The position numbers and the translations under genes are program-made. The notes beneath the pieces were generated by a model. That model saw only the letters and a list, made by a program, of their open reading frames with translations, did not search any database and was not told the DNA's origin. A DNA stretch of 64,000 nt from an uncultured Solirubrobacterales bacterium (GTDB taxonomy: Bacteria > Actinomycetota > Thermoleophilia > Solirubrobacterales > Solirubrobacteraceae). The DNA is taken from positions 21,662-85,661 of the forward strand of contig CAWKGR010000002.1 of NCBI GenBank assembly GCA_963849215.1, written 5' to 3'. This document shows, piece after piece, positions 1 through 8,501 of this stretch. Position 1 is the stretch's first letter. Every line of letters starts with the position of its first letter.

Positions 1-177
1 AGATCGGGCTCGTGCGAGTGTTCCGACCGATACAGACATGGCGACCATCTAGGCGTCGGAGCGGGTGCGATCTGGCCCAAACGCCAAAGCTCTGTGGCGT
101 CCCGTCGGCAGTCCACCCTAGAATCTCATCCATTCGGCGAGTGAGCGCCGAGCCACCGCCAGCGTCGAGAGGCGTCC

Positions 178-1455
178 TTGCTTCCCAAGTCTCCCCGACT
201 GCGGAGAATTCTGCTTGCTTACACGGTCAACGAACTGGGGACCTGGTTCGGGTACATCGCGCTGGCTTTGGGCGTCTACGATCACACGCACAGCGCGATT
301 GCCACAGCCGGTCTATTCATCGCGAGAGGGCTGTTTCCCGCGTTGCTTGCTCCAGTGCTGGTGGCTCGGATGGAGCGTTCGCGGCGGCGCGGACTGCTTG
401 CGGGACTGTATGTGCTGGAGGCCTTTCTTACGCTTGCCCTCGCTCTCTTGCTGTGGCGCTTCTCGTTTCCCGGCGTGCTGTTCTTCGTTGCCGTGGACGG
501 CACCGTGGCCGTCGTGGCGACCGCGTTTGTACGAGCTTCGGCGGCGCGCATGGCGACTGCCGAGACGGGCTTCGAGTCCACGGGCGAGCCCTCAGCGGAC
601 GCTCTTTCATACGATGGGGCTCAACGTCAGGCGAACGCTGCGCTGAATGTGGCCTTCATGGTGTCGCTGGGGTTGGGGCCGGCGATCGGTGGGGTGCTCG
701 TGCACTGGGTTGGCGGTCCGGTGGCCCTGCTGCTAGACGCCCTGACTTTCCTCCTCTGTGCGGGGCTGATGCTTGGTCTCCGGGTGCACCCCGGGGATGG
801 CGAGGGCGGTTCGACTCGCTCTCGTCTGCGCGCGGCGTTGGAGCACCTGCAGTCTGTGCCCGCGCTGCGCGTCCTGCTGTTGACAGAGGCTATCGCCGTG
901 GTCTTCTTCGCCTCGGTGGAGCCGGTCGAGGTGGTTTATGCGAAGGCGACACTGGGGGCGGGGGATCTCGGCTACGGACTGCTCGTGGCCGCTTGGGGCT
1001 TTGGTGCCGCGTTCGGTGCCGTTGTCTTCTCCCGTTCGGTGCGAAGGCCGCTCGGACCGATGCTGACCGGCGGAACGTTGCTGGTTGGACTGGCCTACCT
1101 GGGTTTCGCGATCGCACCGGCGCTCGCGATCGCCTGTGCGGCCGCGGTGGTGGGTGGAGTCGGCAACGGCATCCAGTGGCCGTCGCTGATCAGCGCGGTG
1201 CAACAACTCACACCCACCGCGCTTCAAGGGCGTCTGATGAGCGTGGTGGGATCACTCAACGCGCTCTGCCCCGCGATCGGGTTTGCCCTAGGTGGAAGCA
1301 TCGCCGCGCTCTTCTCCCCGCGTGCGGCGATGCTTGCCGCAGGCATTGTTGCGACATGCGCGACGGTGGCTTTCCTGCGCTTGCCACTCGATCGTCTGCG
1401 CGCCACTGGCCAGAACCAATCGACCACCACCGAGCCCGAGCTGGTGGCTCCTTAA
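178..1455 (+). CDS. MFS transporter
   Basis: 425-aa hydrophobic ORF with about 12 TM-like segments; N-terminal 'LLAYTVNELGTWF' and C-terminal 'LISAVQQLTPTALQGRLMS' resemble DHA3-type MFS. TTG start uncertain. Confidence 0.85.
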   Translation: MLPKSPRLRRILLAYTVNELGTWFGYIALALGVYDHTHSAIATAGLFIARGLFPALLAPVLVARMERSRRRGLLAGLYVLEAFLTLALALLLWRFSFPGVLFFVAVDGTVAVVATAFVRASAARMATAETGFESTGEPSADALSYDGAQRQANAALNVAFMVSLGLGPAIGGVLVHWVGGPVALLLDALTFLLCAGLMLGLRVHPGDGEGGSTRSRLRAALEHLQSVPALRVLLLTEAIAVVFFASVEPVEVVYAKATLGAGDLGYGLLVAAWGFGAAFGAVVFSRSVRRPLGPMLTGGTLLVGLAYLGFAIAPALAIACAAAVVGGVGNGIQWPSLISAVQQLTPTALQGRLMSVVGSLNALCPAIGFALGGSIAALFSPRAAMLAAGIVATCATVAFLRLPLDRLRATGQNQSTTTEPELVAP

Positions 1456-1477
1456 GTACGACCCCATGTCGGTCGTT
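1452..1477 (+). promoter_or_regulatory. sigma28/WhiG-type promoter, weak match (TTAAG-N15-GTCGTT)
   Basis: Same 15-bp spacing as eight other sites in the window; lies just upstream of the HD-GYP gene. Confidence 0.5.
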
Positions 1478-1513
1478 AAGTACGACAGAGGATCCGCTTT
1501 GACCCCGCTCACG

Positions 1514-2905
1514 ATGAAAATCCCTCAACGACACGTCTATCGGGTCTATCTCGTCAGTCAATGGACGCTGTTGATTGGCGCGATCGTGGTTGCGGTACTC
1601 ATGTCTCGCTGGCAGGATTGGCAACCGCTCGACATGGTCGGGCTACTGGTCGTGCTGGGGGTGCTGGGTGAGCGACTGACTGTCACGATCGGCAGCCAAA
1701 CCCTCTCCTCTTCGTTTGTTGCGTTCGCCCTTGCCATGGCGTTGTTGGGGCCCGCGCCGGCGGTCGCAATCGCGTTTGTGCTGGCAGCGGTGGACTACTT
1801 CTCCCGCCGGCCTTCGATGGCGGTGGGCGTCTCCAACACCGCCGCGTATGTGGCATTCTCGCTACTGGGTGCCCTGCTGGTGCGGGCCATCATCGGCGAC
1901 GTGCACAACCCACACATCGAACAGAGCACTCGTGGGGTGACATTTGCGCTGATCGTCTCTGGGGTGTTCGTCTTGACGAACATCGTGAACTTCGCACTGA
2001 TCGCAGTGCAGAAGCGCGTACTCGACGGCCGTGGACTGGTCATGCAAGTGCGCACACTGCTGATCCCGATGCTGCCGGTGGAGTTCGCGGCGTCGATCCT
2101 GGCGGCGGTTCTCGCAGTGGCCTACACCAACCTTGGCTACCCGGCATTGGTTGGGGTGATCATCGTGATCTTGATCTTCCAGTACCTGGCGCGTGCATTG
2201 CTACGCTCCGAGGATCGCGCCGAGCAGCTTGAGGCACGCTCGGTGCGCCTCGCCTCGATGCAGCTGGGGATGCTTGCCACGCTCGTCGAGACCCTCGCGC
2301 TGCGAGACCGCCGGACCGCCCGGCATGCCGCGGCCGTGGCCAGGTACGCCCGGGGGCTGGCCCGCGAGATGGGATGCGACGAGGCTGATCAGGAGCTGGT
2401 GCACACCGCCGGCCTGCTGCACGACATCGGCAAGTTCGCGCTCCCGGATCGAATCCTGCACGCCGAGATCCTCTCCGACGACGACTGGGCCCTCATACGC
2501 CGCCACCCTCAAGATGGGGCGACCCTCGTTGGTCGTCTCGATGGTTACGGCCCTGTGGCGGACGCGATCCTCTATCACCACGAGCATGTCGACGGCAGCG
2601 GCTACCCCGCAGGCTTGATCGGCAGTGAGATCCCGTTCGCGTCGCGCATCGTGGCGGTGTGCAGCGTCTACGACACGCTCACCGCGCGCGACTCCTACCG
2701 TTCACCGATGATTCCTCAGGACGCGATCACCGAGCTGCGGCGTGTAGCGGGTCGTCAATTGGACGCGGAGATCGTTGATGCCTTCGTGGCGATGCTCGAG
2801 AGCGACGGTCCGGTGACGGTTGCGCATGGAGACGACGCGAATTTCGAGGCTGAGCTCTCTTTCGAGCGTCGCACCCGGGCTCTCGCCCAGCCCGCTTCAC
2901 GCTAG
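1514..2905 (+). CDS. Membrane-anchored HD-GYP domain protein (c-di-GMP phosphodiesterase family)
   Basis: N-terminal multi-TM region followed by LLHDIGK, HHEHVDGSGYP and RDSYR motifs. Start taken at ATG 1514 (alternative 1466) because the longer ORF overlaps the MFS gene. Confidence 0.9.
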   Translation: MKIPQRHVYRVYLVSQWTLLIGAIVVAVLMSRWQDWQPLDMVGLLVVLGVLGERLTVTIGSQTLSSSFVAFALAMALLGPAPAVAIAFVLAAVDYFSRRPSMAVGVSNTAAYVAFSLLGALLVRAIIGDVHNPHIEQSTRGVTFALIVSGVFVLTNIVNFALIAVQKRVLDGRGLVMQVRTLLIPMLPVEFAASILAAVLAVAYTNLGYPALVGVIIVILIFQYLARALLRSEDRAEQLEARSVRLASMQLGMLATLVETLALRDRRTARHAAAVARYARGLAREMGCDEADQELVHTAGLLHDIGKFALPDRILHAEILSDDDWALIRRHPQDGATLVGRLDGYGPVADAILYHHEHVDGSGYPAGLIGSEIPFASRIVAVCSVYDTLTARDSYRSPMIPQDAITELRRVAGRQLDAEIVDAFVAMLESDGPVTVAHGDDANFEAELSFERRTRALAQPASR

Positions 2906-3307
2906 ACGCATCGAAGAGCCAGACCCTTGAAAGCCAAAGGGCACCGACCGCGATAGTCGATGCCCTCTGTTCTACGATCGCCGGGAAACCGGCGATCACG
3001 CAAGATTCCTTAGCCTTTCCAAGGCATTGACGCTCCTTCCGTCGCGCGGGCGGCCCAACATCTCCCGGTGCGACGGCCTCCATCCTCAGCCAAGCACGAC
3101 GAGTGTTGAGTAGGTTTGTGTAGCATAGTAAAGAAATTGGACGGGTTGTCCACTTCGTACAAGCGATTGCACGTTTGCTTGCAACGAGAGGGCTTCTCAG
3201 GCGACAGGCGACGGGGTATCACCAACAAAGACGGGGCTCCCGCTTACACCGGGTGCTTCCAGCGTGTGGTCCTTTCTGAATCAAAGGTCCACAAAGCTTC
3301 GAGACTC

Positions 3308-3333
3308 TCAACCTTTGTGTCCAGACTGCCGAT
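3308..3333 (+). promoter_or_regulatory. sigma28/WhiG-type promoter (TCAAC-N15-GCCGAT)
   Basis: Motif seen directly, 87 bp upstream of the BldC-like gene. Confidence 0.65.
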
Positions 3334-3419
3334 TCTCGACGCATCCGGGCGCTGAGCGCCTAGTTGCGGCAGCCCCGGGAGACAACGCCACGAGGCAAAC
3401 TCGAGCCGCAAGAGGTCCC

Positions 3420-3656
3420 ATGCCCATCACGCCTGATCCAGACCACGAGCGTCAGCTCATCTTCACCAGCTCCCAAGCAGCACGCTATCTAGGCGTGTCG
3501 CTCGCCACGATCCGTCGCTGGACCGACGCGGGCTATCTGACCGGCTACCGGACCCCGGGCGGGCAGCGGCGCTTCTCGCGTGAGCAGCTCGATGGTTTCA
3601 TCGACTCATTGCAGCGCACCGGCGAGAAGCCCAAGCATCACCGCAGCGTCGCCTGA
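3420..3656 (+). CDS. BldC-like / excisionase-type MerR HTH DNA-binding protein
   Basis: 78 aa; 'TSSQAARYLGVSLATIRRWTDAGYLTGYRTPGGQRRF' is the HTH_17/BldC signature; GAGG upstream of ATG 3420. Confidence 0.85.
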   Translation: MPITPDPDHERQLIFTSSQAARYLGVSLATIRRWTDAGYLTGYRTPGGQRRFSREQLDGFIDSLQRTGEKPKHHRSVA

Positions 3657-3739
3657 GCGCGCCGCCCAATAGCGCCTCAGGTGAGAGTGTCGCCCGCCGC
3701 GCCGTGCGTGGCGCATTGCGCTCTGCGGGCCATGCGGGC

Positions 3740-3785
3740 GTGCGCTCAGCGTGCCAGACGGGGGTGCGCTCAGCGTGCCAGACGG
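3740..3785. repeat. 22-bp direct repeat duplicating the nadK 3' end
   Basis: GTGCGCTCAGCGTGCCAGACGG at 3740-3761 and 3764-3785. Confidence 0.9.
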
Positions 3786-4684
3786 CCGAACTTCTCGCGC
3801 AGCCTGCGGTAGAACGAGGAGCCCGGCAGCTGCGCGATGATCCCGGCGTCGTTGGCGAAGCGCGCGACAATGCGCGCGCCCGGAGCGATCTCGCACACCG
3901 GTCGCCCATCGACCGACACGTCCAGTGCCTCACGCGAGCGGTTGAGAATCTCAAGGCGATCTTTGGGAGCAGCCACGAGCGTGCGGGCAGTGAGCGAGTG
4001 GGGGGCGATGAACGACACCACGAACCCCTCGACGCCCCACGCCATCACAGGGCCCCCGTTGGCGAGGTTGTAACCCGTCGATCCCGCCGGGGTGGCCACC
4101 ACCAGCCCGTCGCAGCGCACGCTGCCGAGTTCCTCCCCGTCGAGCACGTAGGCGATCTCCGCCACCCGTTCGCCGACCTTGCGGTGGATTGCCACGTCAT
4201 TGATCGCACGCTCCTCTTCTTTGATGTTCCCGCCCACCCCCTCGAGCACGATCGCCGGGAGCCTCAGCAGCTCGAAGTCACCCTCGAACGCGCGTCGCAC
4301 ACCGTCTGAGAGCTCCTCGGGCTCAATCGTCGCGAGAAATCCGATGTCGCCGAAGTTCACCGCGAACACGGGCACACCGGTGCCGGTGTAGCGGCGCAGG
4401 GCACGCAGGATCGTACCGTCGCCGCCGAGCACGACACAGAGGTCGACCGCGTCGTCCTCGGGCGTGCCCACCACCACACCGTCACGCGCGAGCAACCCGT
4501 GCTTGTCGGTCTCATTGCGATCGAACCGCAGCGTCACCCCCGCGTGGGTTGCTGCGTCGATGAGCGCCTCCAGGGCGCCAGCGGTCTGCGCCGGGCGATT
4601 GTGGGTAAGTACAGAGACTTCGCGCACGCCAGTCGCGGCCAACTCGTACGGCTGCGCACTGAGTGGATCGATCTGCTGGCTCAC
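3770..4684 (-). CDS. nadK: NAD kinase
   Basis: GGDGT, AIND and DGLVVATPAGSTGY motifs; follows tlyA. Confidence 0.95.
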   Translation of the reverse strand: MSQQIDPLSAQPYELAATGVREVSVLTHNRPAQTAGALEALIDAATHAGVTLRFDRNETDKHGLLARDGVVVGTPEDDAVDLCVVLGGDGTILRALRRYTGTGVPVFAVNFGDIGFLATIEPEELSDGVRRAFEGDFELLRLPAIVLEGVGGNIKEEERAINDVAIHRKVGERVAEIAYVLDGEELGSVRCDGLVVATPAGSTGYNLANGGPVMAWGVEGFVVSFIAPHSLTARTLVAAPKDRLEILNRSREALDVSVDGRPVCEIAPGARIVARFANDAGIIAQLPGSSFYRRLREKFGRLAR

Positions 4685-5484
4685 GGCTCCACCTCATACA
4701 CCATCCGCTCGAGTTCCCCCACGCCGCCGGCTCCCCCACCGCGTCCGGGCTCGGCCAGCCATACGAACGTCTCGAGGTTGCCCTTGGGCCCCGGGAGGCC
4801 CGAGGAGCGATAGCCGAGCACCGTGGCACCCAGCTCGATCGCCGCGACGCCCACATCGACGAGCGCTGTGCGCCGGTGCTCGGCCGAGCGCACCACCCCA
4901 CCCTTGCCGACACGCTCGCGTCCCACCTCAAACTGCGGCTTGACGAGCGCGAGCGTGTCGAAGCGATCGGCCAGGCAGCCGAGTACGGCTGGGAGCACCT
5001 TGCGAAGCGATATGAAGGAGACATCAAGCACGGTCAGCCCAGGAGCGTAGGGCAGCATCGCCGGGGTCAGCGAACGAGCGTTGGTGCGCTCCAAGAGGCT
5101 CACGCGGGAATCGCGGCGCAGCTGGTAGTCGAGATCGCCGTAGCCGACGTCAACGGCGATCACCTCAGTGGCGCCCCGCTGCAATAGGCAGTCGGTGAAG
5201 CCACCGGTGGAGGCCCCTACATCCATGGCACGACGACCCTGCACAGCGATCTCGAACCCATCCAGTGCGTTTGCCAGCTTGACGCCGCCACGCGACACGT
5301 AGGGTGCGCGCTCGCGCACGCTGAGCTCGGCGTCGGGCGCCACCATCTCCCCCGGCTTCACCGCTCGTCGGCGATCGGCTCCGACCATCACATCCCCGGC
5401 CATCACCGACGCAGCGGCTCGCGTGCGCGAGGAAAACAGCCCGCGCTCGGTCAACAGGGTGTCGAGACGTTGCTTGGTTGGCAT
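4681..5484 (-). CDS. tlyA: TlyA family rRNA methyltransferase
   Basis: S4 domain (KQRLD), YVSRGGVKL, DVGASTGGFTD and LVKPQFE motifs. Confidence 0.95.
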   Translation of the reverse strand: MPTKQRLDTLLTERGLFSSRTRAAASVMAGDVMVGADRRRAVKPGEMVAPDAELSVRERAPYVSRGGVKLANALDGFEIAVQGRRAMDVGASTGGFTDCLLQRGATEVIAVDVGYGDLDYQLRRDSRVSLLERTNARSLTPAMLPYAPGLTVLDVSFISLRKVLPAVLGCLADRFDTLALVKPQFEVGRERVGKGGVVRSAEHRRTALVDVGVAAIELGATVLGYRSSGLPGPKGNLETFVWLAEPGRGGGAGGVGELERMVYEVEP

Positions 5485-5740
5485 CGCGTTGGAAGAGACG
5501 GTACCCGTTGGGGGGCTCTTCGGGCGAATCCGCGGCTCGACACACACGTCACAAGTTCGATCCTTCCAAAAGGTTCGGGGGATATGTGATGGACGTCACA
5601 TATATCCCTTCTCTGTATAAGCCGGGTTCTGGCGCGTCTTCCGTCCTCGGATAGCCCTACGGTCCTGGGCATCCCATAAGTTGGCCCCCGCGCAGCTACG
5701 AACTGCCGGGGGCCGTGGCAAGGAAAGGCGGAACCTTCCC

Positions 5741-5989
5741 ATGCAAGACGACCCTTCTATGGACGCTGGCGATGTCCTGCGCGTCAGCGACCCAGCGGTC
5801 TACGGTCTTTTGATCCTGCCGGAGGAGCAACGACCCTGGTCGGTCCGCGAGCTGGCATTGGAGCTTGGTAGTCCTATCGACGTAGAGGACGCTCTCGCAC
5901 GCTTGCACGGTGCGGGCCTCGTGCACCGCTGCGGCGAGTTCGTTTGGGCCACGCGAGCGGCGCTCGCGGCGGACGCAATCGAGCTATAG
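5741..5989 (+). CDS. Small winged-helix-like hypothetical protein
   Basis: 82 aa; 'WSVRELALELG...DALARLHGAGLVHR' looks like a wHTH. Confidence 0.6.
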   Translation: MQDDPSMDAGDVLRVSDPAVYGLLILPEEQRPWSVRELALELGSPIDVEDALARLHGAGLVHRCGEFVWATRAALAADAIEL

Positions 5990-6004
5990 GAAGGGGGCAA
6001 ATGA

Positions 6005-6649
6005 TCATGCGGGAGCGGAGTCCACTCCGGGCGGGTGCGCGTAGTTAACGGGTTCCTCGACGAGTTCGAAGATTCTTCCGCTGATAGCGTGGTGGTGGAC
6101 GCCGGGAAGCTGCTTCAGCCGCTGGAAAAAGGTGTGGCTCGCCCAACTAGCGGTCTCTATCCGCCCAGGTCCCTTCAAGCGCGCGATCATCTCGACAACG
6201 GGAAGAAGATCAGTGTCGTGCGTAAAGAGGATGGCGATATCAGCGTCGCCTGTGAGAATCGTCTCTGCGACTGCTAGCGCTAGCTGCACGTCGATGCCCT
6301 TCTCAACTGGCGTCTGCACTTCGGCGTGAGGCGGCGGGTAGCGCAGAGGTCGTAGTCGAGGGACGACTAAATCTCCGCCTTCGCGCTTCCACGCCGTGGC
6401 CTGGCGACGGTTTGCCCCGAAGCCGACACGATCGCGCGTCGAGTTCGGCAGGCCGCGGTGAATCTCGACCCGGATGAGTTCGGCGGCGGCTCCGCGGTTG
6501 TGGCCAGCGGCCAGTATCCGTGCTAGCTGAAACGGTCCAAAGTTGCCGCGCTCGTTCGGCAGATCAACGAGGCCGAATGCCTCGCGTGCCGTCTTGTAGA
6601 CGTTCTGCCAGTCAACAAAGACGGCAATCTTGGGCGATGCGCCGGACAT
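6005..6649 (-). CDS. NYN (LabA/DUF88, PIN-like) domain ribonuclease
   Basis: Acidic motifs VFVDWQNV, EKGIDVQLA and THDTD. Confidence 0.9.
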   Translation of the reverse strand: MSGASPKIAVFVDWQNVYKTAREAFGLVDLPNERGNFGPFQLARILAAGHNRGAAAELIRVEIHRGLPNSTRDRVGFGANRRQATAWKREGGDLVVPRLRPLRYPPPHAEVQTPVEKGIDVQLALAVAETILTGDADIAILFTHDTDLLPVVEMIARLKGPGRIETASWASHTFFQRLKQLPGVHHHAISGRIFELVEEPVNYAHPPGVDSAPA

Positions 6650-6743
6650 AAAAAGATTCCCCGCCAGAGCAACCCGAAGGTCGGTCGGCGGGGAGCAATA
6701 GATCCAGCATAACGACTATCGGCACGACTGACAAGCCCCTTTA
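6650..6743 (-). promoter_or_regulatory. NYN leader: overlapping sigma28-type and sigma70-type promoters, then a hairpin with U-tract
   Basis: Minus strand TAAAG(6743-6739)-N15-GCCGAT(6723-6718); TTGTCA(6734-6729)-N17-TATGCT(6711-6706); stem 6658-6665/6687-6694 with inner cUUCGg loop; T5 run directly before the ATG. Confidence 0.65.
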
Positions 6744-6791
6744 CTGCACCTTGTGCTAAATGCCTCAAGTTGTTCTTGGAGTCAATCCAAC

Positions 6792-6836
6792 GTAAGGTCG
6801 CTTGACAAACGCGCTTGTGTCAAGTAGCCTTACATT
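6792..6836 (+). promoter_or_regulatory. Transposase promoter overlapped by an inverted repeat
   Basis: TTGACA(6802)-N17-TAGCCT(6825), ATG at 6837 (leaderless spacing); imperfect palindrome GTAAGGTCGCTTGACA...TGTCAAGTAGCCTTAC. Confidence 0.65.
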
Positions 6837-7814
6837 ATGCCTCCCGTAGACCGCAACGCACCACGTCGGGCCGACTCGTCCGAGTCCACGTACTCGCTCA
6901 TGGAGTTCATGCGCGAGTTCCCCAACGACACCGCGTGCCTTGAGCACCTGTGGCGCTCGCGCTACTCACCGGACGGCGAACACGCGGACTGCCCGAAGTG
7001 CAAGCAAGAGCGGGCGTTCCGCAAGTACGCGACCGCACAGGGTCGCCAGTCGTGGACCTGCACCGGCTGCGGCCATCACGTCCATCCGACTGCCGGGACG
7101 ATCTTCGAGAAGTCCTCGACATCGCTGCACTTGTGGTTCTACGCGATGTATCTCGTGACGAGCACTCGTTGCGGGATCTCCGCTAAGCAGCTAGAGCGCT
7201 CGTTGGGCGTGACCTACAAGACGGCCTGGCGGATGCTGAACAAGATCCGCAACGAGGTCATGGTCGAGGACGGCGAGCTGCTGAGGGGCGATGTAGAGGT
7301 CGATGAGGCATCCGTGGACGGCAGGCCACGCAAGCCGCAAGGACAGCACCGCTACCTTGCTACGACGCCGACGCGACGCTCTGAAGCGGCGAAGCTCCGT
7401 GAACGTAGTAGAGCAACCGTGTTCGCCGCTGTGGAACGCGGCGGTCGGATCAAGGCGACCGTTCTACCGTCGCGTCGTGGACCAGGGCTCAAGCGCCAGG
7501 TGATCCAGTGGGTAGAGCCCGAATCGATCATCATCACCGATGAGTGGTCCGCATACAACGGCCTAGATGAGCACTTCCTCGACCATAGTCGGATCAATCA
7601 CTCCGCCGGTATCTACGTGCAGGGCGACACGCACACCAACACCATCGAGGGCTTCTTTGGGCACCTGAAGCCGTCGATCAAGGGCACCTATCGCAAGGTA
7701 TCCCACAAGTGGCTACAGGGCTATCTCAACGAGTTCACGTGGCGCTACAACCTGCGCTACCAACGCAACCCGTCAATGTTCGCTGAGCTGATCGAGAAGG
7801 CGTGCGCAAAATGA
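6837..7814 (+). CDS. IS1595 family (ISXO2-like) transposase
   Basis: Zn ribbon CPKC/CTGC, VEVDE, ITDEW..Y, INHS and HTNTIEGFF motifs. Confidence 0.93.
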   Translation: MPPVDRNAPRRADSSESTYSLMEFMREFPNDTACLEHLWRSRYSPDGEHADCPKCKQERAFRKYATAQGRQSWTCTGCGHHVHPTAGTIFEKSSTSLHLWFYAMYLVTSTRCGISAKQLERSLGVTYKTAWRMLNKIRNEVMVEDGELLRGDVEVDEASVDGRPRKPQGQHRYLATTPTRRSEAAKLRERSRATVFAAVERGGRIKATVLPSRRGPGLKRQVIQWVEPESIIITDEWSAYNGLDEHFLDHSRINHSAGIYVQGDTHTNTIEGFFGHLKPSIKGTYRKVSHKWLQGYLNEFTWRYNLRYQRNPSMFAELIEKACAK

Positions 7815-8017
7815 GCGAAGCGACAGCCATCCAAGCGCTACACGCGGCAGCCGAGCGCCGCAAAGCAGCCGAAGACGAGCGACACGCCGCGTCAGCCGAA
7901 CTACGCAAGCGCGTACAGGACGCGCACGCGGCGGGCGTCAGTCCGACCCGGATCGCTCAGGAGGCCGGTCTTTCTCGTCAGGCTGTTTACGAAGCCCTGG
8001 GCCAGCGACCTTCCTAA
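7811..8017 (+). CDS. Small HTH protein coupled to the transposase
   Basis: ATGA overlap with the transposase stop; 'GVSPTRIAQEAGLSRQAVY' HTH. Confidence 0.75.
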   Translation: MSEATAIQALHAAAERRKAAEDERHAASAELRKRVQDAHAAGVSPTRIAQEAGLSRQAVYEALGQRPS

Positions 8018-8114
8018 CCGTCCTCAAGAAGTCTTCGCGAGACGGGATCGGAACCTCGATATCGCCATCCTTCGCTGGGATCGTCTGGGTCGGTTTCGAG
8101 TCCTTATCTGGCAT
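7938..8114 (-). CDS. 58-aa hypothetical protein (below the ORF-track cutoff)
   Basis: Hand-translated MPDKDSKPTQTIPAKDGDIEVPIPSREDFLRTVRKVAG...; antisense overlap with the HTH gene 3' end. Confidence 0.45.
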   Translation of the reverse strand: MPDKDSKPTQTIPAKDGDIEVPIPSREDFLRTVRKVAGPGLRKQPDEKDRPPERSGSD

Positions 8115-8252
8115 GGATCCAGACTAGCGCCCAGGCACCTGTCCGGTGTGGGGTTTTCAATATTCGGCAGCTATCGCAACCGATGGCCCCGGGTCACCAC
8201 GCCTCAATCGCGGCGACCCGGGAACACATCAGTACGAAGGGAGGGCAGAGTC

Positions 8253-8459
8253 ATGCCCCCTGTGCATAGATACGAACCCGGCGAGACTGCGATTTACTCG
8301 GGTTCGTACAACGTAGTCGGCCACTACGGAGAACCCTTGAGGGTCGCCCTGTGGTTCAACGTTGGCGACCGTCTGCCGCTCGTTACAGCAGCAGATGTCG
8401 AGCCGCCAATCTGGTACGTCTTGGTCGCAATGCCAAGCGAGCTCGCCAAGGCAGCGTAG
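8253..8459 (+). CDS. YjzC-like small protein
   Basis: GGAGG RBS; 'RYEPGETAIYSGSYNVVG..G...GDRLP' pattern; followed by a strong hairpin. Confidence 0.55.
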   Translation: MPPVHRYEPGETAIYSGSYNVVGHYGEPLRVALWFNVGDRLPLVTAADVEPPIWYVLVAMPSELAKAA

Positions 8460-8465
8460 GGAAGC

Positions 8466-8501
8466 GCCAGCGACCCCAGGCTTCTGTCTGGGGTCGCTGG
8501 C
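8466..8501 (+). terminator. Strong stem-loop
   Basis: GCCAGCGACCCCAG / CTGGGGTCGCTGGC 14-bp stem just after the stop at 8459. Confidence 0.7.

Noticed and set aside
1452-1486. 11-bp direct repeat TTAAGTACGAC (1452 and 1476) as a separate operator
   Set aside because: Overlaps the promoter-like motif and has no other copy noticed in the window; not supportable as an independent feature.
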